The notes under the pieces: generated by a model
What the model was told of the DNA's origin: nothing
What the model saw: only the letters and a program-made list of their open reading frames with translations
Database searches by the model: none
Virus record (IMG/VR): IMGVR_UViG_3300005663_000044
Span: 6,833-70,832 of that record
Direction: 5' to 3' (one strand)
DNA from: a virus
DNA: 64,000 nucleotides
In this document: piece after piece, positions 45,360 to 52,925 of the stretch
How the letters are laid out: the number at the start of each line of letters is the position of its first letter
How positions within the stretch are numbered: position 1 is the first letter of the stretch
Made by a program: the position numbers and the translations under genes

Positions 45360-45500
45360 GGCTAGGCTCCTGTCGCCAATTTGTAAATGAAAATCGCAAT
45401 AGAGGCCCCAAAGGAGCCTATTACTCCAAGAATGACCGTCTCTCGAAGTAAGTCTAACACTAAATGCACCTTCTTATTCAAGCTAGTCTACTACAACAAA

Positions 45501-45812
45501 TCAACAACGCTTACCACCATGCCTGTAAGGTCGGGTTTTATTGTAGTTCATCTTCCAACGAATGAGGCTATCAGCATCGAGGGAATAAGCAGCACAAAGG
45601 TCGAGAATGCGAATAATGCAGTCCATCAATTCAATCCCCCATCCCTCTGGCTTCTTAGTGCTCGCGGCCGGCGTCCCTACACGCCAGGCTTCTAACGCCT
45701 CAGAGAGTTCCGAATGGGCGAGGGCAATACTCTCCCCAAAATTACGTTCTTTCTCCCACCAACCCTTATCCCGGGCAGTCTGGTGTATTTCCCGTGCTAA
45801 GTCATTCAGCAT
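45501..45812 (-). CDS. MazG-like nucleotide pyrophosphohydrolase
   Basis: 'KGWW...IALAHSELSEALEA...ELMDCIIRILD...KMNYNKTRPYRHGGK'. Confidence 0.85.
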   Translation of the reverse strand: MLNDLAREIHQTARDKGWWEKERNFGESIALAHSELSEALEAWRVGTPAASTKKPEGWGIELMDCIIRILDLCAAYSLDADSLIRWKMNYNKTRPYRHGGKRC

Positions 45813-46236
45813 GAAAGACCCCCTTCAGCTCTGTGAGTAAGTCGTCTAGGTGCAAGAAAACCTTGGACGCAAAACGATACATTACATCAAATCTCTCAGG
45901 TTCGCCCTCGAAGAGGACGTAACATGGTATTCCACGTCCAATAAGGTATCCCATTTCAATATGTCCAGACTTCCCCGCTGGTAGTACCAACACACCGAGG
46001 TCGGAGGTGTTGAGGTGGTGTAGGTCGAACTCAAAAATATGTTTGGCATAGCGGTCACCTAGAGCCTCCGCGTAGGAGCGCCCTTTTGTCTGCTCGTATT
46101 TCTGCCACCAGTCATCCGCCTCATAACCCCCGGCCCACCAATCGTCGAACACGTCGAACCCAAGGTCACGGATATGATTACCTATAACGGGTAGCTGTGG
46201 GTTTCTCAACGAGCCAATGAGATAAACTTTCTTCAT
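45802..46236 (-). CDS. nucleoside 2-deoxyribosyltransferase-like protein
   Basis: 'VYLIGS...FEFDLHHL...VLVLPAGKSGHIEMGY'. Confidence 0.8.
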   Translation of the reverse strand: MKKVYLIGSLRNPQLPVIGNHIRDLGFDVFDDWWAGGYEADDWWQKYEQTKGRSYAEALGDRYAKHIFEFDLHHLNTSDLGVLVLPAGKSGHIEMGYLIGRGIPCYVLFEGEPERFDVMYRFASKVFLHLDDLLTELKGVFHAE

Positions 46237-46418
46237 CCGGTCTTCACCAAAGGCCCATGGACTTCCAGGGTGATATCCCCAACACGGAGACGAAATGACT
46301 TATGGTAGAAGCCTTCTACAGAAGTATGGGCTGTTTCTAATTTCTGGTATTGTAGGAGTTGTTCTTCGAAGATTTTGTACTCTTCGTGAGTCAACCGAGC
46401 GTATAAATCTGTAGCCAT
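46233..46418 (-). CDS. hypothetical protein
   Basis: AGGAGG RBS. Confidence 0.55.
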   Translation of the reverse strand: MATDLYARLTHEEYKIFEEQLLQYQKLETAHTSVEGFYHKSFRLRVGDITLEVHGPLVKTG

Positions 46419-46446
46419 GTTGCACCTCCTGCTTAAGTGTAACGTA

Positions 46447-47724
46447 TTACTGTCGGGATTGTTTCACGTCCCACACCTCTCCCGGTGTGGGAAGATTTAT
46501 ATCCGCGTAGAGGGGACGGAAGGCAGTGGCGCCGTGCTTCCGATGGAACTCTACGAGCCACTGCTGTGGCCGGCGGAGTGTCTTATACCTGGACTGGACA
46601 AAGCGACTGGTCGCTGGTAGGGAACCATTGCCAATCACATGACCTCGCTGCCCGAGAGGGAGGTGATAGGGGGTATGCTGGTGGCCGAACCACACAATAT
46701 CTACACCACCCAGCATAGACTCGTACTGTCTCGCTGCGTTGATGATGGGATAGAAGGGAATACCCCCATAACTCCCACCACTTGTTCGGATGCTGGCACC
46801 ATGTTCAAAGACGTGGCGCAGTCCACCAAACTCGCGCGTACCAAACCAAGTCTCCCAGTTGGTAACCTGAACCCGAGGCTCGTCTTCGAACGACCGCTGC
46901 AACATAGCTCCAATAAGCCAGGCGAATGTATCACAAAAGTCGCTCTCGCCCAGGCCAGCATTACCCGGCTTCTGGGTAGTGCGGTCATGGTTACCCCCCA
47001 CTACATCAACCACAAGCTCTTCTAAGCCCGGGAGCTGCAGCAGAGAGCGCAGGAAGTAGGCCAGTAAGTCAAACCCCTCAACTGTCTGCTTCACCACCGG
47101 TATCTGGATTTCCCTAAGCTGGGCCGGCCGCATGGAATCTCCCTCTACAATGTCTCCCAGGATGGGCACCCAGAGGCGTTTCACATGCTTACCCTTGGAC
47201 TCATAGAAGATACCAGACAATGCTTCAAGTAGCTTGTCTACCTGGGCCCGGGTGACTTCGAGGTTCTGTTCGTATATTCCACCGGTATGCTCCAGGTCTG
47301 TCTTCTGCCCTATGTGCCAGTCACTAAGCTGAACAGCCCAGTCGACAGTGGTTTGAGCATCGTGCTCCGGGAAGGGACGAACGATACTTGGTTCGAAGGG
47401 ACGCAACACTGATTGGATAGCTGCCACATACTCCTGACGCTTTGCGGCGCCGCGGGTGAGCTCCTGTAGAGTACGAGTCATCTCATTCTGGTGGAGACGC
47501 TCCTTCTCTTTCTCAATGCGCTGGTCAAGAGTACGAGGCTCCTGGTCTCGCCCGTTACTTTCGCCCTTCTTGTAGCGACTACGCGCGACCCGGTTTTTAC
47601 ACACAGGGCTGCAGTATTTAGCACCATTCTTCCGTCGCTCGGCCGGAACAAATAAGTCACAGCCGTGTCGGGCACATAATACATGAACCATATCTGAAGG
47701 TGGGGTCATATCAGTTCCTTTCAT
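46447..47724 (-). CDS. calcineurin-like metallophosphoesterase with N-terminal Zn finger
   Basis: SDWHIG, LGDIVEG, GNHDR, EHG and GHQH motifs; N-terminal C...C...YCSPVC. Confidence 0.85.
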   Translation of the reverse strand: MKGTDMTPPSDMVHVLCARHGCDLFVPAERRKNGAKYCSPVCKNRVARSRYKKGESNGRDQEPRTLDQRIEKEKERLHQNEMTRTLQELTRGAAKRQEYVAAIQSVLRPFEPSIVRPFPEHDAQTTVDWAVQLSDWHIGQKTDLEHTGGIYEQNLEVTRAQVDKLLEALSGIFYESKGKHVKRLWVPILGDIVEGDSMRPAQLREIQIPVVKQTVEGFDLLAYFLRSLLQLPGLEELVVDVVGGNHDRTTQKPGNAGLGESDFCDTFAWLIGAMLQRSFEDEPRVQVTNWETWFGTREFGGLRHVFEHGASIRTSGGSYGGIPFYPIINAARQYESMLGGVDIVWFGHQHTPYHLPLGQRGHVIGNGSLPATSRFVQSRYKTLRRPQQWLVEFHRKHGATAFRPLYADINLPTPGEVWDVKQSRQ

Positions 47725-48151
47725 TGTATCGGGGATCGTTGGGTAAAAGCAAGGGAGATTTTTCTCCCTTATTTGGAACGACTAGGCCGCTCTCTGTCTT
47801 TTGATCGCCTACTAAGGCTTCGTATCGAGGTACCAAATGTATCTCAATAGCTTGAGGGTCGTCGGGCGCCGGCCGTATGTCCAAACCGAGACCCTGTGCA
47901 ATAGCGGCAATGAGAGTTCGGCGTATATTAGAAGGGAGAGCGTTAAGAGCATCCGCCCAATACCCCACCATCAAACGTTGGTTACTATGTGTTAATGCCA
48001 CCAGCATATCCCGCATAGTGTACGCCCACGCTTCGAATTCTGTCTTACCTTTGACTTGAAAGGTCTTATCTGTATGGGGGTGCCAGGAAGTGGCGGGAAC
48101 GTGCATACTTACCCGGAAGGTCGGTTGGCGCTGTTCACACTTTTTAGTCAT
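47711..48151 (-). CDS. hypothetical protein
   Basis: GGAGGT RBS; 'KTESGLVVP' motif. Confidence 0.55.
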   Translation of the reverse strand: MTKKCEQRQPTFRVSMHVPATSWHPHTDKTFQVKGKTEFEAWAYTMRDMLVALTHSNQRLMVGYWADALNALPSNIRRTLIAAIAQGLGLDIRPAPDDPQAIEIHLVPRYEALVGDQKTESGLVVPNKGEKSPLLLPNDPRYNERN

Positions 48152-48321
48152 CTAATACCTCCACTTCATCTGGGTAAAGTGTCCAGAGAGTGCCATCCTT
48201 AAACCGTACCTTCAGTACCTCATGCGGAAGACTTAGAAACTTACGTCCTACCACTTCCCCAATAATACCAGGCTTAACCGCGTTGTAAGGAGACCCTTTG
48301 ACTCGAACTTTCACGAGCATA

Positions 48322-48609
48322 TCAATTCATGTATAAGATGTCCTGGAAGAGGGCTTGATTTGTTCCAGGTATTCCCCATAGAAGTCCATAGATATTTGCT
48401 GGTGTATCGTCTAGACCTTCTTCGCGGCCAGGGTGAATTGTCCCTTCGACCACGCCGCGTAATTCACAAGGTAGGAACCTCATCTCCACAGACCCTTCCT
48501 CTCGGGTATATGTTGTCCGTATTGTAGGGATGCGACTGTGTTCCAATTTACATGTCGGACAAGGGTGATTATATTGTTCCTGATACCAAGATTTAAGTTC
48601 ATCCGCCAT
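48322..48609 (-). CDS. hypothetical protein
   Basis: Packed ORF with CPTC. Confidence 0.5.
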   Translation of the reverse strand: MADELKSWYQEQYNHPCPTCKLEHSRIPTIRTTYTREEGSVEMRFLPCELRGVVEGTIHPGREEGLDDTPANIYGLLWGIPGTNQALFQDILYMN

Positions 48610-49150
48610 GACCTAACCCCCTAGGAAGGAATTCTTCCAACCACTGTGATTTCGCTTTGCACTGAGGGCAACACAGAATAACCACCTTCATCTCCTGCAG
48701 CTCCTTCTTCCGAGCTTCGGTCATGCTTTCTAAATTAACCACTTCCACTCCGGGTTGGGTGTACACTTCCCACATGGTTTTCTCTCCGCAAATGGTAGTC
48801 ATCGTCCCACACTGTTCGCAAGGTAAACCAGAAGGGGGGCCACCATGTAGCTGGTCACGCTGGTCAGGTTCTGCATCATACTCCAACTCTATACGCACAT
48901 AGCGCCAGCCGCTGTCGGGTTCGGCGAAGTCGGGCTCATGGCCTGGCTTGAATCGGTGTTGCCGGCGGATGGCTCGGGAGTCAACTCGGTCTTCCCTCTT
49001 GAAGTCCCGCCAGTTCTTCTCAATCTCCTCCTCGGTCTTACCCGGGAGGGGGCCAGATTCGAAGTGGGTCGGGTGACACGACATGACTGTTACCCCCACT
49101 CCTCTACCCAAGAGATAAGACATGGAGCACACACATAGAAGCGTCCCCAT
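48599..49150 (-). CDS. hypothetical Zn-ribbon protein
   Basis: CEQC and CPQC; the likely start is MSCHP. Confidence 0.5.
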   Translation of the reverse strand: MGTLLCVCSMSYLLGRGVGVTVMSCHPTHFESGPLPGKTEEEIEKNWRDFKREDRVDSRAIRRQHRFKPGHEPDFAEPDSGWRYVRIELEYDAEPDQRDQLHGGPPSGLPCEQCGTMTTICGEKTMWEVYTQPGVEVVNLESMTEARKKELQEMKVVILCCPQCKAKSQWLEEFLPRGLGHGG

Positions 49151-49335
49151 TTATTGTCGAGGATGGCCTCTTCAACTCGTGCTCGATGCCCTATGGGAAT
49201 GTTATGGGGCTTGCTGAATCTGCACGTCTGAGGCTTCCGTGTCGTAACCATTCTGGACGACCTCATTCTAACACCAGCATCGTCCTTGTCCTCACCAAAC
49301 AAGTCAATGTCTAACAACGTGGCTTCGCTTATCAT
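49090..49335 (-). CDS. conserved phage hypothetical protein
   Basis: 'MVTTRKPQTC...HNIPIG...FYVCAPC' pattern. Confidence 0.6.
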   Translation of the reverse strand: MISEATLLDIDLFGEDKDDAGVRMRSSRMVTTRKPQTCRFSKPHNIPIGHRARVEEAILDNKWGRFYVCAPCLISWVEEWG

Positions 49336-49474
49336 TCAGATTCCTCTGGGTAATCATGAGTGTCTACATCGTGTGCACCCCAACACTCGACAGTACAGAA
49401 AGAAAGGCCACAGCTACATCTAATAGGTGATTTCAATATTATGAGTTTACATCTGCCACAGTAGTCTTTTAAAT

Positions 49475-51199
49475 TCATTCGACAGCTACTTTCGGTTCCA
49501 GTGAAATATCTCCTAAAGGATTGTTCAATCCGCCTATTTGCTCCAATTGCTGTTGCCATTTCATAGGCTCTTCTTTAGTGTAACCCATCACTGTAGCACG
49601 TAGCCAGTGGTTATAACGTGTGTTCTTCTCTGGTACTAACCAGTGTTGTTCAGAACCCATGTTGATAATTGAAGCCACAGCTACATCTAATAGGTCATTG
49701 ACCGAACCCATAATTGAGAAGTGGAGGAGCTCTGCAGGCCGCAAGCCCCAAGGGGACTGGCGCCCGTACAATGTTGTCGTCTTTCGTGTTGAAACAGATT
49801 GATCAGTCAAACGGAGGAGACCGAGGCGGAAGTTAGGAAGAGTCTTGTCTACCCGGGAGGCTTTTATTAGTTGGGGAGTCTCAGGCATGTTAGCAGCCCA
49901 GTCCGGGTAGTACCGGCTGACTAGCTCCTCCTCCTCGCCACAGACCATCCATAAGAGGAAGGTTACTGCTTCCTTAGAGTCCAATTCAACTGCCTGACTG
50001 AACATCTCTAACGGATTTTGTCCATCCTGGAACCATCGCTTGAAGGTAGGATCGTGAGTGTAGTAAGCGAGCACCCGGAATAGGAGCCAGTCGTAGGTCA
50101 ATGTCCAGCGAGACAGGCCCTCTGAGGGAGGCCCCTCTTCTAGATCAAACCTAAGTCGTTTGGCGTTGTGTTGTATTAAAGGTAGACCCACCTGCTGATA
50201 AAAACGAGGTGCTTCGAGAGCCATCGCCGGCCCGACAACAGCACAGTCGAGAGCATCCTTGAGGGGGGTGATATCACGGGCGATGGGACGACCGGTTGTG
50301 TACTCTAAGGCCAACATATCGTGTTTGACACTGGAGAGGAGTGCATCCCTGTCGTAGGTGCCCAGCCATTGTTGTAGGATCATCACCAAAGCTCCTGTAT
50401 CCCGGGTGACTAAGGCCGGCGCTCCCCGTTCAGTAGTGAGTAGCTTCTTCATTACATCACGAGCGTAGCTAAACGGTGTATTGACTCCACTATGATTGAT
50501 ACGGAGTAACCACCCCTGAGAATTCGTGGCAAAAGCCAGCTCCTCACTATTCGCAGCTATCCCAACAGGAGTCTTCTCTTCCTCGGCGCCTAGCTTTTGA
50601 AGCCATTCAGCCAGCGCAATGAGATCGTCTGGAGTCTGGACTAGTCGGTAGGGCCAGTCCCCTAATCTCTGCTCCGCCGGCTCCGAAAAAACCTCTGTAG
50701 AGGACTTCTGTTGCTTCAGGGAGTGTTTCCGATTCGCGTCCCGGCCACAGGTTCTACAGTGCCTCTTCCCATCGGGGCGTATATACGTATTACCTTTATC
50801 AAAGAGATGACCGTGAATGCAGGATTCCTGTCGTGCTTGTTGCGCTGGAGGAGCCTCCCCACGGAGCACATTCTCTTGGTGAGTAACCGCTTCCATGTGA
50901 GTCACCTCCACGCATAACCTATTGCGACAGAGGTGGTCGAGTTCCAGTCCTTCTGGAACAGGGCCTTTTCCTTGTTCGTAGGCCCAGCGGTGGGCCTCAA
51001 TTGTCTTCCCTTGGTGCCCCCCTAGACTGATACTACCGTAACCTTGTGTAGTTTTCGCTCCTGTCCAAATTAGACAGCCATCCTCATTGGCAGCAGCCAC
51101 CTTCGGCCAGAAACGTTCTTCAATTGGACGGCGACGAGGGCCTCGTTTACTCATTGTTTCGCGGTCTCCCTGCCTGCTGCGTCGGCCTAAAAGTCTCAT
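49475..51199 (-). CDS. HNH endonuclease fused to a degenerate family-A DNA polymerase-like domain
   Basis: N-terminus: ERFWPKV, AHRWAY, LDHLCRNRLCV, CIHGH. The C-terminus follows PolA motif order with catalytic residues lost. Confidence 0.7.
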   Translation of the reverse strand: MRLLGRRSRQGDRETMSKRGPRRRPIEERFWPKVAAANEDGCLIWTGAKTTQGYGSISLGGHQGKTIEAHRWAYEQGKGPVPEGLELDHLCRNRLCVEVTHMEAVTHQENVLRGEAPPAQQARQESCIHGHLFDKGNTYIRPDGKRHCRTCGRDANRKHSLKQQKSSTEVFSEPAEQRLGDWPYRLVQTPDDLIALAEWLQKLGAEEEKTPVGIAANSEELAFATNSQGWLLRINHSGVNTPFSYARDVMKKLLTTERGAPALVTRDTGALVMILQQWLGTYDRDALLSSVKHDMLALEYTTGRPIARDITPLKDALDCAVVGPAMALEAPRFYQQVGLPLIQHNAKRLRFDLEEGPPSEGLSRWTLTYDWLLFRVLAYYTHDPTFKRWFQDGQNPLEMFSQAVELDSKEAVTFLLWMVCGEEEELVSRYYPDWAANMPETPQLIKASRVDKTLPNFRLGLLRLTDQSVSTRKTTTLYGRQSPWGLRPAELLHFSIMGSVNDLLDVAVASIINMGSEQHWLVPEKNTRYNHWLRATVMGYTKEEPMKWQQQLEQIGGLNNPLGDISLEPKVAVE

Positions 51200-51420
51200 A
51201 CATTTCGATCCACTGTTTCCTCTGTTTGGGGGACACTAGAGCCTCCCCGCCCTCCTCCTCCAGTTGGTCGTTCAGAGCTATCATGTTCATTAACAGGATC
51301 AGGAACCGCTGCAGTTTCCACTGGAGGCTGTGATTCTGATAATTGTTTCGGGCCCAGTTTAGGCGTGTGCTTGCGGTGGGCCACTTTCTTGGAGGATTGT
51401 CGCTTTCTTCGTTTTCCCAT
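51196..51420 (-). CDS. disordered hypothetical protein
   Basis: GGGGGAG upstream; an overlapping alternative frame 51147-51428 exists. Confidence 0.35.
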   Translation of the reverse strand: MGKRRKRQSSKKVAHRKHTPKLGPKQLSESQPPVETAAVPDPVNEHDSSERPTGGGGRGGSSVPQTEETVDRNV

Positions 51421-51441
51421 GATTCCATATCTCCCCCTTGG

Positions 51442-51675
51442 CTAGGCAGAGGCTTGGTCGGCCGTAATACGTCTGTAGTTGAATCCCCCCTTCTTCACCA
51501 GAGTATTGAAGGTTGAACCAATCGACTCTGAGAAGATTACTGTGGCCGCAACATCGGCCGGTACATTATCGTACTCATAAAACTGGTCACCAAACTGTGC
51601 AATCAGCTTGAGCGTCTCCGGGTTCCACCCTAGAGCCACCACCATACTAGAAACTACAGGTACTATTTTAGGCAT
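51442..51675 (-). CDS. KTSC domain protein
   Basis: 'VVSSMVVALGWN...YEYDNVP...SESIGSTFN'. Confidence 0.85.
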   Translation of the reverse strand: MPKIVPVVSSMVVALGWNPETLKLIAQFGDQFYEYDNVPADVAATVIFSESIGSTFNTLVKKGGFNYRRITADQASA

Positions 51676-51676
51676 T

Positions 51677-51880
51677 TTACACCTTTCCTACTAACTCGAA
51701 TCCGTTATGGGTAGGGCGCAAGCGGCGCCGACTAATCGTGGCGTGTCTCCCTGATATTAGGCTATGGACGCGGACATAATGGGGGTCAACGTAATCAATG
51801 ACAACTTTACGTCCAACCATCCTCTTGTCCAGGTCTGCCCATATCTGACCCACCTCGGGTCTATCCGTATTCGTCACCAT
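51677..51880 (-). CDS. small SH3-like phage protein
   Basis: 'VGQIWADLDKRMVGR...RRLRPTHNGF'. Confidence 0.65.
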   Translation of the reverse strand: MVTNTDRPEVGQIWADLDKRMVGRKVVIDYVDPHYVRVHSLISGRHATISRRRLRPTHNGFELVGKV

Positions 51881-51890
51881 AGTACACCTC

Positions 51891-52091
51891 CTATTTTAGT
51901 CCTTGTAATAGCGCAGTGAAGGCCAGAAAAGCCAGGACAAGACCTATGCTCCAAACAAGAATTCGACCGTACCAAGCCTCTCTCGACCACGTATCATTAA
52001 GACTGGTGCCCCACCACCCCTCATGCAGGAAGGCCCCCGAGCCTGCACCCAAGAAAGCAGCAAACGTAAACAGAAGGGCGTCAAGTAACAT
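51891..52091 (-). CDS. small membrane protein
   Basis: Two TM helices; GAGGAGGT RBS. Confidence 0.6.
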   Translation of the reverse strand: MLLDALLFTFAAFLGAGSGAFLHEGWWGTSLNDTWSREAWYGRILVWSIGLVLAFLAFTALLQGLK

Positions 52092-52144
52092 TATGTACCT
52101 CCTCTATCCATAACGCAGGGAAACCTATTGTATTGCACAACCTA

Positions 52145-52726
52145 TTAAATAGTCTCGTCAATGAGGCCCATCCCTATCAGCTCTATCCGAGACTGGGCTG
52201 AAATATCCTTCCCATCTTTCCAGAGGGCTAGAGCGATGCGCTGCCCCATCGTCATCTCAATCACCCCCACCTCCCCCTCGATACGACGCACATCTTTGAG
52301 ATGTCCTTGAGACTTCATTAGCATCTCTACCATCTTAGCCCGCACCCCGGGATGGTCAACCGTGATGGTGAAGGTGTGTGTTTTATCAAAAGGACAGGTA
52401 ATCTTCATGGGCTTCGTAGCGGCCATGAGTGCTCGGATGGCTTCTGGTACCTCTTCCTCGATGGCCTTAAGACGGAGGCGGACGAGCTCGTGGGTACCAG
52501 TGACGACTTCCTCGTAGGCTCTCTGGAAGGCTTCATCTTCTCGAAGCCAACGTGTTACTCTGCGGTTCTGAAGATTCAGCTCCTTACGTGCCTCTTTCTC
52601 TGAACCTAGCTCTGCGTACTTCTGTATGTACTCACGCTGAGCGGGCATCAACCCATCTGGGCCCCGGACGATAAGTTCTTTACCCTTTGTCATGACCGTT
52701 CCTATGTGGGGTGATCCAACTTGCAA
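52145..52726 (-). CDS. HTH protein, terminase small subunit-like
   Basis: 'LMPAQREYIQKY...VTRWLREDEAFQRAY' HTH followed by helices. Confidence 0.5.
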   Translation of the reverse strand: MQVGSPHIGTVMTKGKELIVRGPDGLMPAQREYIQKYAELGSEKEARKELNLQNRRVTRWLREDEAFQRAYEEVVTGTHELVRLRLKAIEEEVPEAIRALMAATKPMKITCPFDKTHTFTITVDHPGVRAKMVEMLMKSQGHLKDVRRIEGEVGVIEMTMGQRIALALWKDGKDISAQSRIELIGMGLIDETI

Positions 52727-52910
52727 GGGTGGAGAGCTTAGACCAAATCCTCTTGCGAATACTATCGTGTGGGAAAGGGTTCTTGTCCACCCAACTCCAC
52801 GATTCCAACGAGTTCCCCTGACGCAGCCATTTTCTCAGGGAGCGATAGACTTCAGACATCTCCTCTTCATCTGAAAGGATGTCTCGACGAGTCTCTTCTT
52901 GTTTAGTCAT
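52680..52910 (-). CDS. hypothetical protein
   Basis: GAGGAG RBS. Confidence 0.45.
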   Translation of the reverse strand: MTKQEETRRDILSDEEEMSEVYRSLRKWLRQGNSLESWSWVDKNPFPHDSIRKRIWSKLSTLASWITPHRNGHDKG

Positions 52911-52925
52911 AACAGGCTCCTCATT

